Shown here: positions 13,935 through 26,170 of the stretch, in pieces
Position numbering within the stretch: position 1 is the stretch's first letter
Layout: each line of letters starts with the position of its first letter
Assembly (NCBI RefSeq): GCF_036365525.1
Contig: NC_090418.1
Coordinates: 15,128,248-15,192,247, forward strand
Reading direction: 5' to 3'
Length of the DNA: 64,000 nucleotides
Source of the DNA: Heterodontus francisci
Lineage: Eukaryota
Program-made: the position numbers and the translations under genes
The notes under the pieces: model-generated
Told to the model about the DNA's origin: nothing
What the model saw: only the letters and a program-made list of their open reading frames with translations
The model's database searches: none

Positions 13935-14150
13935 TAAAAATATAGTCATTCTCCGAATGTGGACGTCGTTGGCAAGGCCGGCTTTGATTACCCATCTCCA
14001 GTTGCCCTGACTGAGGGACTTGCTAGGCATGTACGTTGGTGTGGGACTGGAGTCTCACACAGCATCAGGCTGGGTAAGGACAGCAGGTTTCCTTCCCTAA
14101 AGCTTTATTTTAATTTAAAATTCAAACCTCTGTGAGCTCAATTTCTTTGG
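13935..14150 (-). mobile_element. SINE-like internally deleted derivative of the tRNA-headed LINE
   Basis: LINE 3' tail (cf. 60265-60340) lies directly next to head sequence (GGTAAGGACAGCAGGTTTCCTTCCCTAA, cf. 46405-46432). Confidence 0.6.
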
Positions 14151-14384
14151 GTTAATAGAGTCATGAATTCATTATGGAATAGAGCAAGTCATTCAGCCCA
14201 TCGAGTCCATTCCAGCTCTCTGTAGAGCATCCAATCACCCCCATTCCCCCACTCTATCCTTGTAGTTCTGCATAGAGTCTGGTAACATTAGTGCACTAAC
14301 ACTAATGGGGCCAGCCAGCCTTAGCACTGTGGGATTCCCAGGTCCCAGCAGACTGGGCGCAGGAGTCTATGGACGTATTCAGGT

Positions 14385-14735
14385 GTCTCCACTGGTGTAG
14401 AGAGGCTGCACTGAGACAGGACATGTTCCACTGGCGTAAGGAGGGAGGCTGCACAGAGACAGGACCTGGTCAGCTGTTCTCTGTTGGTGTAGCGAGGGAG
14501 GCTGCATGGAGAAAGGAACTGGTGAGTTGTTCTCTGTTGGTGTAGAGACGGAGGATGCATAGAGAAAGGGCCTAGTGAGTCGTTCTGTGTTGGTGTAGAG
14601 AGGGAGGATGCATAGAGAAAGGGCCTGCTGAGTTGTTCTCTGTTGGTGTAGAGAGGGAGGATGCATAGAGAAAGGGCCGAGTGAGTTGTTCTGTGTTGGT
14701 GTAGAGAGGGAGGATGCACAGAGAAAGGATCCGGG
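14385..14735. repeat. 53-bp minisatellite, ~6 copies
   Basis: Unit GAGTTGTTCTCTGTTGGTGTAGAGAGGGAGGATGCATAGAGAAAGGGCC... starts at 14524, 14577, 14630 and 14683. Confidence 0.9.
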
Positions 14736-14894
14736 GAGATGAGCAATATGCAGAATCCTTCTAGAGATTAGTACGACAAGGGAGAGCCACTCAGCCCATC
14801 TCCAGAATCTTACAGTACCTCATCATCACACTGACCTGTCTCTCAAATGCCTCCAACCTCCCTATCCATGAAACAATATGTGGGAAGGCTTAGA

Positions 14895-15410
14895 ATCATA
14901 TAGCACAGGAGGAAGCCATTCAGCCCATCATTCCTGTGTTCATTCTTTGAAATAGTTACCCAATTAAGTCCTACTCCCCCATCCCTTTCCCCAAAGCTCT
15001 GCAAATTTCCCCTTTTCAATTCTTTATATAATTTCCTTTTGGAAGTTATTACTGAATCTGTTTCCTCCACCCTTCCAGGCAGCGCATTCCAAATCATAAT
15101 TCCCTGCGTTAAAAAAAAATGATCTCCCCTACTGGTTCTTTTGTAAATCGTGCTAAATCTGTGTCGTCGGGTTACTGACTCTTCAGCCACTGGAAACAGT
15201 TTCACCTTATTTACTCTATCTAAACCCCTCATGATTTTGAACACCTCGATCAAATCTCTCTTCATCTTCACTTTTCCAAGGAGAACAACCCCAGCTTCTC
15301 CAGTTCCTCATCCCTGGTACTATCTGCTTTGCACGCCACCAAGGCCTTGTCATCCTTCTTAAAGTGTGGTGTCCAGAACTGGACACAATAGTCCAGTTGA
15401 AGCTGAACCG
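14895..15410 (-). mobile_element. CR1-like LINE 3' end
   Basis: DLIEVFKIMRGLDRV ORF and tail. Confidence 0.85.
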
Positions 15411-16139
15411 ATACCAGTCCTGAACTGCCCCTTCACCTGTTTGCACAGTCACTGTTTAACCCTGGAAGAATGCTACAGATTTTATCTTCCCTATTGCACC
15501 TCATATCCTCTCCTCTATGATGTCCTCCTTCTCATTCCCTCCTTTCAAGGCTGGAGAGTCAATCATTTCTCCCGAGTTCATTCTCTCTGCTGTAGTTCCA
15601 GGACCTGTTTGATGCTCTTGTGCCTCAATGACCACATATGAACACAATGTTTCAGGCACAGCCTGAACAGCACAGCGTATGACCTGGGGCCTGCACTCAA
15701 CTGGAGTCCGTAGAGACCGGCAATTGGCTGTGTTTTCCCGATTGTTTCTCCACACCCTGGGACCTGGTGAGTGAGAATCTCACATCCTCAATTCAGTGAT
15801 GGGGGAGCTACAAACCTGACTTTCCTGGGGAGGAAACGTCCGATGCTGTTTAAAAGCCCCAGTTGTATGCAACAGTCACAAGTGACTGAAGCCTGGGGCG
15901 TGGGGGCTGACCGCAGGCTGAGTCTAGTTCCAGGCTGGTGGGGGCAGGACTGGCCACAGCCCCAGTCATGATCGGTGACGGGGGAGGGAATGAAACCTGA
16001 CCACAGCGTCCTTCTTTGCCTGAACCTGCTTTCCACAAAGAAGGTGTTTTCTTAAACATGGCCACTCACCCCATTTTCCCACTATTCTTGGTAACTTGCA
16101 GCTTTTGTTAGCGGAACTTGGAATCTTCCCATGATGCCA

Positions 16140-16455
16140 TCAGCCAATGGGCTTTGAGAGCAGTCGTCTATCTGCCAATGGGCTTTTAGAACGGTCTTCT
16201 CCATCTGCCAATGGGCTTTGAGAGCAGTCGTCTCTATCTGCCAATGGGCTTTTAGAACGGTCTTCTCCATCTGCCAATGGACTTTTAGAGCAGTCTCTTC
16301 CATCTGCCAATGGGCTTTTAGAGCAGTCTTTGCTGTCTGCCAATGGGATTTGGGAACAGCCATTGCCTTCTGCCAATGGGCTTTGAGAACAGTCCATGCT
16401 ACCTGCCAATGGGCTTTGAGAACAGTCTTTTCCATCTGCCAATGGGCTTTGGGAT
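16140..16455 (-). repeat. Coding 33-bp VNTR (DCSQSPLADG-type 11-aa repeat, ~9 copies)
   Basis: TGCCAATGGGCTTT recurs every 33 bp; the last unit is 31 bp. Confidence 0.9.
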
Positions 16456-17401
16456 AAGTCTGCAATGGCTGCTGGTTTCTCATCCTGGCGGCTGTGACCA
16501 GCAGCTGCTGTCAGCAAATCCTGGGGCTGTTTATTTCTGATGTGCATTCGCTGGTGCTGCAGGAGACTGGAGGCCCAGACATAGGCCTTCCCACAGGCAG
16601 AGCAGCGGAAGGGCCGCTCGCCCGTGTGAGTGTGGGCATGCTGCTGGAGATCAGCTGCCCGGACGAAGGCCTTCCCACAGGCGAGGCAGCGGAATGGCCT
16701 TTCACCCGAATGAGTGCGTCGGTGGCGGATAAGGTCAGTGGAACGACGGAACGCCCGGCTGCAGTCAGGGCAGCCATAGGGCCGCTCATCTGAATGGGTG
16801 AGGCGATGCCTCTGCAGGCCAAAGAGTTTGGCAAAGGCACGGCCACAGTTGGAGCAGATGTAGGGCCTCTCGCCCGTGTGAGTGCGCTGGTGCTGCGTCA
16901 GGTCTGAGGACTGGTAGAAAGCCTTACCACACTCAGTGCACTTGTAGCGCCTCTCGCCGGTGTGAGTGTACGTGTGGTGGACCAGGTTGGAGGAATAGGC
17001 AAAGGTCTTCCCGCATTGTGGGCACACATAGGGCCTCTCGCCTGTGTGGGAGCGCTGGTGCTGCTTGAGGTTGGGCAGCTGGGTGAAGGACTTGCCGCAC
17101 TGGCCGCAGGTGTACGGCTTCTCCCCGGTGTGGATGCGGTAGTGCTTCCAGAAGTCCTCTGGCCGGATGAAGGCTTTTCCACACTGGGGGCAAGGGCAGG
17201 GCCGTTCTCCCGTGTGTGAACGTCGGTGCAGATGCAGGCTGGACGAGTGGGTGAAAGCTTTGCCGCAGAAGGTGCAGACATATGGCCGCTCGCCGCTGTG
17301 AGTCCGCAGGTGCTGGATTAGCACCGTCGAGTGGGCGAAGCTCTTCTCACACTGATTGCACTGGAATGGGCGATCCCTGGCCCGGGACAGGCTGCTCACT
17401 C
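16140..17401 (-). CDS. C2H2 zinc-finger protein, main coding exon (10 fingers plus repetitive tail)
   Basis: Ten CxxC-x12-HxxxH fingers with TGERP-type linkers; acceptor TTGTCAG at 17402-17403 in phase 1; stop TGA at 16140; joined CDS is 1269 nt (422 aa). Confidence 0.92.
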
Positions 17402-18496
17402 CTGACAACATACACATACAGAGAAAGGCCAAGCATTAAATCAGCAACCACTGAACAGGAGAGGTGGAGGGGGTGGGAGGGGGAGGAGAGGCAGAGGAGG
17501 AGGGGAGAGGGGAGGCAATAGCCGAGGGCGGGAGAGGGGGGGTGACAGAGTGAGGGGATGCAATGGAGGGGGGCGATGGAGGGAGGGCTTTGGGGGAAGA
17601 ACAACAGGCCAGAGTGAGAGTGTGATGTCATGGGAGAGGGTGATGGAAGGGGGAGATGGACGGGTTTCTCAGTCTCTGGCTGACACTGTATCTCTGGTCA
17701 TCTCACTCTACACATAATCATATCCTCTAGATATTGCTCTGCCTGAAAATCCAAAATTGTCGCCCTGGCCATTCAGATCTCTCGCTCTCTGCTGTGAGAA
17801 TAAAAAAAATACTGAAATGTTGTTTCTACAGCTTGTGGAAAATTACCAAGAAGTCATTTCTGCACAACATAATGAAATCACTGAACAAGGGAACTGATAA
17901 GGGGATGTAAGTAAAGACCTTGAGACAGTACGGCAGTTAAAAATTGTGCTTATGCAGAGAAAAGAAAAACAGCAAGCGTTAGAACAAAGGATGTAGTGAA
18001 TGAGTGAACTGACAGCTGCAAGTTAACACACACACAGGAGGCTTGCAAAAGAATGGAGAGCCAAATAAGGTAAAACAAAAACAAGAGTCAGGGGCTAGAA
18101 AGTTAGAGTAGGGGGAGAAGTAAACAGAGGAGGAGACTGTAGCAACCATAGGATAGGTTAGTGTCATAATATGTTATAACCAATAATGTAAAATAAAGGC
18201 GTGGACAAATGGATTTGTATTGTATAAACATGAACTGAATATGTTGATCGGTGTGCCTGCTTGTAGGACACCCGATCTTGCAAGAACGTTAAATAAACTT
18301 ACTTCTTCAGAGTTTGACTTGGTGTAAATTATTATTAAGTGGGCTACGTTTCTCACAACCCTCAACCACACCCTCCCTCTCACCCCCTCATCATTTATCT
18401 CCCCCTCCCCTTCTCCCGCACCCTTTCCCTCACCATCCCTTATCAACCAACTCCTTATCCCTCAACCCCATTCCTCCGTCACGCTCTCTCCCTCAC

Positions 18497-18503
18497 CTTC
18501 CAT
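18497..18503 (-). CDS. ZNF gene first coding exon (ATG GAA G)
   Basis: Minus strand reads GAAATGGAAG|GTGAGG; the phase-1 donor matches the phase-1 acceptor at 17401, giving MEGVSSLSRARDRPFQC; lies just downstream of ETS motifs. Confidence 0.7.
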
Positions 18504-18504
18504 T

Positions 18505-18575
18505 TCAGACCGGAACCTCAGATAAAACGGCACAGCAAAAAAAACTTCCGCTCAGTCGGATCAACTTCCGGACAG
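18505..18575 (-). promoter_or_regulatory. ETS/GABPA-type TATA-less promoter of the ZNF gene
   Basis: Three (C)CGGAA(G) motifs within 70 bp in a CpG-containing patch. Confidence 0.6.
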
Positions 18576-19115
18576 GAGAGCCACCTCCAGGGACAGCGCC
18601 GCCTACAGCAGGGAGGAAAGAGAGCCACCTCCAGGGACAGCGCCGCCTACAGCAGGGAGGAAAGAGAGCCACCTCCAGGGACAGCGCCGCCTACAGCAGG
18701 GAGGAAAGAGAGCCACCTCCGGGGACAGCGCCACCTGCAGCAGGGAGGAAAGAGAGCCACCTCCAGGGACAGCGCCGCCTGCAGCAGGGAGGAAAGAGAG
18801 CCACCTCCAGGGACAGCGCCACCTACAGCAGGGAGGAAAGAGAGCCACCTCCAGGGACAGCGCCACCTGCAGCAGGGAGGAAAGAGAGCCACCTTCAGGG
18901 ACAGCGCCACCTACAGCAGGGAGGAAAGAGAGCCACCTCCAGGGACAGCGCCACCTACAGCAGGGAGGAAAAAGAGAGAGAGCCACCTCCAGGGACAGCG
19001 CCACCGACAACAGGGAGGAGAGAGTGAGTGAGCGCTACCTCCAGGGACACCGCCACCTACAGGAGGGAGGAGAGAGACCTTCTGGGACACCGCCACCTAC
19101 TGGAGGGAGGGAAGA
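18575..19115. repeat. 44-bp VNTR (~12 copies) with CTCF-like motifs
   Basis: Unit GAGCCACCTCCAGGGACAGCGCCACCTACAGCAGGGAGGAAAGA. Confidence 0.92.
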
Positions 19116-19367
19116 GAGCTCGACTTCTGGGGCCAGGTGATGGTGCTAAAGGTGTCGATGGAATTTGGGATCAGATTTGGTTGAAGGGAATTAGGCCGAT
19201 TTATTCATGTGCAAGTTGAAGGACCACACGGACTGGTTGGGGCAAAGGGTGGGCAGAGGTGTTATTTCCATTTCAATGAGGATATCCCCATTCTCCCATA
19301 CCCCACACAGCATACACAGATACTTTTACACAAAAGATGCCAGAGAAAAGGAGGTACATTGACAGAT

Positions 19368-19373
19368 TTTATT
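19368..19373 (-). terminator. Poly(A) signal of pentraxin A
   Basis: AATAAA on the minus strand ~140 nt past the stop codon. Confidence 0.6.
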
Positions 19374-19513
19374 GAATTGAGCAGAGATCCATGGTCGATT
19401 CACATTTTATCTGACAAAACCTGATCAGAGACAGGCTACATTTAACATTTCATTGCTTGACCTTGTACTTGTGGCTTCTTCCCAAGGCGTATCTCTGCAG
19501 TAGCGCAACTATC

Positions 19514-20109
19514 TTATTCATCGGGTCCCTGAACCAACACTCTGCCTGTTATCTGATATTTGACATTCGTCCAGTCTATCACATTGCCTCTCTCTAGCCT
19601 ACTGCACGTTGGCATCTCTGTGTCACGTCGCACCAAATTCCACAGGTTCAAGTCGGTCACTTCTCCCATGAAGCTCTGCTTCTTGGAAAAACCCCCTCCG
19701 ACCTGATCCTGATCTTGCCCCAAAATCACCACCCCTCCGGCCACAACATCTTTCCCCTTGCTGCAAATCTTGGTCACAGTCCGACTACCGTTCACCCAAA
19801 CCCTCGTGTTTCCTGTCTGCGAGTCCCAGGTGACACAAATGGGCATCCATCCCACCAAAGGCCTGCGAATACGGAACTCAACTTGCTCCTCAGCCAAGTG
19901 TAGCCTCAGATTGTCACTGCCCAACCCCAGCAGTAGCTGGTTATGATGAGTACTGGTGGCATAAGAGAAGACAGATACCGTGTCCCGAGCCTCGCTCAAT
20001 ATCTTCATACACAGAGTGAAAGCTTTGAGCGCCATTGGTTGCTTGGGCTCGATGGTGACAAAACTGTTGTCCGTTTGCTCTGGGAAGTTCAAGGATTGAA
20101 GCAGGAGCC
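19514..20109 (-). CDS. Short pentraxin A (CRP/SAP family), pentraxin-domain exon
   Basis: AFTLC, FSYAT, ICVTWDS, LGQDQD..GGGF...QSFMGEVTDLNLW and GNVIDW motifs; acceptor CCACTTCTCTAG at 20110-20111, phase 1. Confidence 0.95.
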
Positions 20110-20204
20110 CTAGAGAAGTGGAGGGACAGACATTTCATCATTAGGTTGGCTTTCAACAACGGAAAATGTTGCAAAAACACTCCAAGCAAAGTGCAAGTTA
20201 AAAT

Positions 20205-20620
20205 TCGGCACCGAGGAGGCTATTCAGCCCATCGTGCCTGTGCTGGCTCTTTGAAAGAGTTATCGAATTAGTCCCACTCCCCGTGCCCTTTCCCAATAGC
20301 CCTGCGATTGTTTCCTTTTTCAAATATTTATTGAATTCTCTATCGAAAGCTACGATTGAATCTGCTTCCACCACCCTTTCAGGAAGCGCGTTCCAGATCA
20401 CAAGAACTCGTTGTGTAAAAAAAAATTCTCTTCGTCGCCATCTGTTTTTATTTCCAAATGATCGTAAACCAGTACCCTGTGGTTACAGATCCTCCTACCA
20501 GTGGAAACGGTGCCTCCATAATTCTTCTACCAAAACCCTGCAAAAAATTGATTCTATCAAAATCTCCCCTTAATCTTGTCTAAGGAGAACAATCCCAGCT
20601 TCTCCAGTCTCTCCAGCTGA
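20205..20620 (-). mobile_element. CR1-like LINE 3' end
   Basis: WNALPERVVEA ORF and tail. Confidence 0.8.
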
Positions 20621-20809
20621 ACTCTGAAATCACTGTGAGAATAAGATATGTTCATGCTTCCAATCTCTGCTATTTCAAGAGGCTGGAAGGATTTTATTTA
20701 ATGCATGTAAGGGGTAGGATTCAGTTTAGGCCAAGACTGTGGCTGAATTGAGTCGTAAATATTACAAAGATCATTAAGAGCCTGCGTATACGATACTGGT
20801 TAGGCCTCA

Positions 20810-23800
20810 GAGTCATAGCGTCGTATGGTCATAACGGCAAAGAAAGAGGCCATTCAGCCCATCGTGTACATGCCAGCTCTCTGCAAAGCAATCCAATCCG
20901 TCCCATTCCCCTGCTATATCTCCATAGCCCTGTACGTTCATTTCCCGGCCGAATAAACTATCCGCCCAAACTAATCCCACCTTCCAGCACCTGGTCCATA
21001 GCCCCGCAGGTTACAGCACCTCAGTACAGGTCCAGGTACCTTTTTAAAAAATTGAGCATTTCTGCCTCCACCACCATTCCTGGCAGTGAATTCCAGACAC
21101 TCTCTGGATGAAAAAGTTTCCCCTCATGTTCCCTCTAATCCTTCTACCAATCATCTTAAATCTGTGCCCCCTGGTAATTGACCTCTCCGCTAGGGGAAAC
21201 AGGTCCTTCCTGTCTACTCTATCTAGGCCCCTCATAATTTTTACACTTCAATAAAGTCATCCCTCAATTCCAAGGAAAACAGCCCTAGCCTATCCAATCT
21301 TTCCTCATAGCTGCAACCTTCAAGCCCTGGCAACATTCTTGTAAATCTCCTCTGTACTCTCTCCAGAGCAGTTATGTCCTTTCTGTAATGTGATGACTAG
21401 AGCTGCACTCAATACTCCAGCTGTGGCCTAACCAACCAGCATCACATCCCTGCTTCTGTACTCAATACCTCGCCCAATAAAGGAAAGCATTCCATATGCA
21501 CTACCCTCATCTATCTTCCTTGTCACTTCCTCAAAAAACTCAATCAAGTTAGTAAGGCATGACGCACAAACAAGAAATGCTGGAAATACTCAGCTGATCT
21601 GGCAGCATCTGTGGAGAGAGAAGCAAAGTTAAAGTTTCATTCATCATAACTGGCAGATATTAGAAATGTAAAAGGTTTTAAGCAAGTAAAGCAGGGGTGG
21701 GGCAAGAGAGAAGGTGTTGATAGGACAAGGTCACCGAGAGTAACTGACCAGAAGGTCATGGAGCAAAGGCAAACGGTATGTTAATGGTGTGCTGAAAGAC
21801 AAAGCGTTAGTACAGAGAGGGTGTTAATTGACAGAGAAATAGAACAGCCTGGCCCCGAGCACAAACATGGGTAGGCATAGTAGAAACAAACTAAACAAAC
21901 TAAAATAAAATAAACACATAAAAAAGAAAAAAGAAATAGTAACTAAAAATAAAAAGAGGGGCCCGTCAAGCTCTGAAATTATTGAACTCAATGTTCAGTC
22001 CAGCAGGCTGTAGTGTGCTTAATCGGTAAATGAGATGCTGTTCCTCGAGCTTGCGTTGCTGTTCACTGGAACACTGCAGCAATCCCAGGACAGAGATGTG
22101 AGCATGAGAGCCGGGCGGGGGTGTTGAAATGGCAAGCAACCGGAAGCTCGGGGTCCTGCTTGCGGACTGAGCGGAGGTGTCAGCAAAGCGGTCACCCAAT
22201 CTACGTTTGGTCTCCCCAATGTAGAGGAGACCACATTGTGAGCAGCGAATACAGTGTACTAAATTGAAAGAAGTACAAGTAAATCGCTGCTTCTCCTGAA
22301 AGGAGTGTTTGGGGCCTTGGATAGTGAGGAGAGAAGAGGTATTTGGGCAGGTATTACACCTTCTGCGATTGCAGGGGAAGGTGCCGTGGGAAGGTGTTGA
22401 GGTGGTGGGGGTAATGGAGACATGACCTTCCCCTAACAAATCCTGGCTGACTATCCCTGATTATTCGTGCCTTTCTAAGTAACAGTTTATCCTGTCCCTC
22501 AGAATAAATTCTAACAATTTACCCACCAGCGAGGTCAAACTGACTGGCCTATAATTACCTGGCTTATCCCTCGCACCCTTTTTAAACAACGGTACAACAT
22601 TCGCAGACCTCCAATCGTCTGGTACCTCTCCTGTATCTAGTGAGGATTTGAAGATGATCCTCAGTGCATCCACTATTTCCACCCTGGCTTTCTTTAACAA
22701 CCTGGGATGTAATCCATCCGACCCTGGGGATATATCCACTTTCAGGGATGTCAGACCCTCTAGTACTTCCTCTCTCATTATGCTTATCGTATCTAATATT
22801 TCACACTCCTCCTCTTTAACTACAATGTCTACATCAACCCTCTCCTTTGTGAAGACAGAGAGAAAAATCTCATTAAGAACCCTGCACACATCTTCTGTAT
22901 CCACGCATAAATTCCCTTGTACATCTCTGATAGGCCCTACCATTTCCTTAGTTATTCTTTTGCTCTTAATGTACTGATAAAATATCTTTGAGTTTTCCTT
23001 GATTTTACCTGCCATTAATTTTCATGTCTTCTCTTTGCTTTTCTAATTTCCTTTTTTACTTCACACCTGCACTTTGTGTACTCCTCTAGGCTTTCTAAAC
23101 TGTTAAGATTTTTATGATCGTCATAAGCTTTCTTTTTTTGCTTTATCTTACCCTGTAAGCTTCTAGATAACCAGGGCGCTATAGATTTGGCAGTACCGCC
23201 CTTTATCTTTGTGAGGACATGCCTACACTGTGCTTGTAGAATCTCGCTTTTGAATGCCTCCCACTTGTTTGCCACTGATTTTCCTTCAATAGCTGTATCC
23301 AGTCCACTTTCACACGTCACCTCTCAGCTTCCTAAAATTCGTCTTCCCCCAATTTAGAACTCCTGTTTCATCTTTGTCCTTTTCCATGATTATGCTAAAA
23401 CCTACTGTATTATGGTCACTATCTCCAAAATGGTCACACACTGTTATTTCCTCCACTTGCCCAGCTTCATTACTGTAGACTAAATCTAGAATTGCACTCT
23501 CTCTCATTGGGCTTATGTGCTGGCTAAAAACGTTCTCTTGAATGTAGTTCAAGAATTTTGTCCCCTCTGTTCCCTTCACACTGTTTGTATCCCAGTTGAT
23601 ATTGGGGTAGTTGAAATCCCCAACTATTATTGCCCTATAATTTTTACACTCAGAAATGTGCCTACATATTTGTTCTTCTATCTCCCTCTCACTATTTGGG
23701 GGTCTATAGTACACACCCAGCAATGCAGCTGCCTCCTTTTTATTTATGAGCTCCACCCATACGGCCTCGTTTGATGATTCATTTAGCACATCATCCCTCC

Positions 23801-23895
23801 TCAAAGCTGTTATTGATTCCTTAACTAATGATGCTACACCCCCTCCTTTCTTATCTTCCTCTCTATCACGCCTGAAAACTCTATATCCAGGGCTA
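20810..23895 (-). mobile_element. CR1-like LINE (APE to 3' end) split by a Penelope insertion
   Basis: GDFNYP and SDHN (endonuclease) and NYRPVSLTS motifs; the host resumes across 21565-22420; highly similar to 31970-34860. Confidence 0.9.
21565..22420 (-). mobile_element. Penelope-like element, 5'-truncated, GIY-YIG endonuclease
   Basis: CNRRRCNTC knuckle, VHCIRCSQCGLLYIGET..RLGDRF and TLQPAGLN; frameshifted after DRF; AG(G/A)CATGAC duplicated at both junctions. Confidence 0.88.
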
Positions 23896-23899
23896 TAGT

Positions 23900-25710
23900 C
23901 ACTTCAAGATTCCTAGCCTCTGACCTTGTCTTGTAGTCATGGTATTTATATGGTTACTCCAGTTCAGTTTCTGGTCAATGGTAGCCCCTAGGATGTTGAT
24001 AGTGGGGGATTCAGTGATGGTAATGCCATTGAATGTCCAGGGGAGATGGTTAGATTCTCTCTTGTTGGAGATGGTCATTGCCTGGCACTTGTGTGGTGCG
24101 AATGTTACTTGCCACTTATCAGCCCAAGCCTGTGGATATTGTCCAGGTCTTGCTGCATTTCTACACGGACTGCTTCAGTATCTGAGGAGTTGTGAATGGT
24201 GCTGAACATTGTTCAATCATCAGCAAACATTCCCACTTCTGACCTTATGATTGAAGGAAGGTCATTGATGAAGCAGCTGAAGATGGTTGGGCCTAGGACA
24301 CTACCCTGAGGAACTCCTGTTGTGATGTCCTGGAGCTCAGATGATTGACCTCCAACAACCACAACAAACTTCCTTTTTGCTAGGTATGACTCCAACCAGC
24401 GGAGAGTTTTTCCCCGATTTCCATTGATTTCAGTTTTGCTAGGGCTCCTTGATGCCATACTTGGTCAAATGCTGCCTTAATGTCAAGGGCAGTCACTCTC
24501 ACTTCACCTCTTGAGCTCAGCTCTTTTGTCCATGTTTGAACCAAGGCTGTAATGAGGTCAGGAGCTGAGTGGCCCTGGCAGAACCCAAACTGAGCAGATA
24601 ATTGCTAAGCAAGTGCCGCTTGATCGCACTGTTGATGATATCTTCCATCACTTTACTGATGATTGAGAGAAGAGTGATGGGGCGGTAATTGGTCAAGTTG
24701 GACTTGTTCTGCTTCTTGTGTATAGGACATACCTGGGCAATTTTTCACATTGTTGGGTAGATGTCAGTATTGTAGCTGTACTGGAACAGCTTGGCTAGGG
24801 GCGCAGCAGGTTCTGGAGCACAGGTCTTCAGTACTATTGCTGGAATGTTGTCAGGGCCCATAAACTTTGCAGTATCCAGTGCCTTCAGTCGTTTCTTGAT
24901 ATCACGCGGAGTGAATCGAAATTGCTGAAGTCTGGCATCTGTGATGCTGGGGACTTCGAGAGGAGGCTGAGATGGATCAGCAACTCGGCACTTCTGGCTG
25001 AAGATTGTTGCAAATGCTTCAGCCTTATCTTTCGCACTGATGTGCTGGGCTTCCCCCATCATTGAGGATGGGGATATTTGTGAAGCCACCTCCTCCAGTT
25101 AGTTGTTTAATTGTCCACCACCATTCACGGCTGGATGTGGCAGGACTACAGAGCTTCGATCTGATGCGTTGGCTAAGGGATCGCTTAGCTCAGTCTATCA
25201 CATACTGCTTACGCAATTTGGCATGCAAGTTGTCCTATGTTGTAGCTTCACCAGGTTGACACCTAATTCTGAGGAATGCCTGGTGCTGCTCCTGGCATTC
25301 CCTCCTGCACTCTTCATTGAACCAGGGTTGGTCCCCCGTCTTGATGGTAATGGTAGAGTGGGGGAATATGACAGGCCATGAGTTTACAGATTGTGGTTGA
25401 GTACAATTATGCTGCTGCTGATGGCCCACAGCGCCTCATGGATGCCCAGTTAGTGAACAACAATGATTTCATGATGGTTTTTTAGAATTAGAATATTACA
25501 GCGCAGTACAGGCCCTTCGGCCCTCGATGTTGCGCCGATCATCTGACCTACACTATTCCATTTACATCCATATGTCTATCCAATTATCTTTTTAATTCCA
25601 GATTTTATTAATTGAATTCAAATTCCACCTTCTGTTGTGGTGGGATTTGAACCCATGTCCCCAGGGCTACTAGTCCACTGCCAATACCACGATGTCACCA
25701 CCTCCCCACA
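23900..25710 (-). mobile_element. tRNA-headed LINE family (CR1/L2 group), internally deleted copy
   Basis: PQGSVLGPTIFSCFINDL..MFADD and GPDNIP motifs; head with B box (GGGTTCAAATCCC on minus) at ~25640. Confidence 0.85.
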
Positions 25711-26170
25711 CTTTAGCTACTCTAAAGGCAACAACAGCTGCCACCCACCAACCAATCAGCCCACAGAATGTCAGTGATGTCACTGGTAGTTTTTCCCCCA
25801 ATCAAACAGTGCGTGTGCGGACACAGCTCGACAGACGGCCGCTGACTGAAGCTGCCCCAGACGTCTGATAAGTGAGGGCTTCGAGACCTGCTCTTTAATT
25901 TATACAGCTCCGCTGCAGTCCCGGTTCCTCCCAGATCTGCCGCTGCCATTTCAAAGAGCTAGCACAGGTCTGATGAGTGAATGGCCTCCTAGATTCTATG
26001 ATTCTAGTGAACTCTTTGTCATTTGTTCAGACAACTCCCCTTCCTTGAGTTTCACCTTCACAGCGGAGAAATATATTTAGCATTAAATTTTCCCTGTGAC
26101 CCCCATCTGAGAGAATGAAGTAATCTGACTGCAGGGACTATTCTCGATGATTTACCTTTTCAGCCCTTAC

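Noticed and set aside
17402-17432. ORF-track N-terminus MAFLCMCMLS for the ZNF
   Set aside because: This is the intron polypyrimidine/acceptor region
18314-19096. ORFs over the 44-bp repeat; CRISPR-like appearance of this and other arrays
   Set aside because: Head-to-tail tandem units with no unique spacers and no cas genes, in a eukaryotic context
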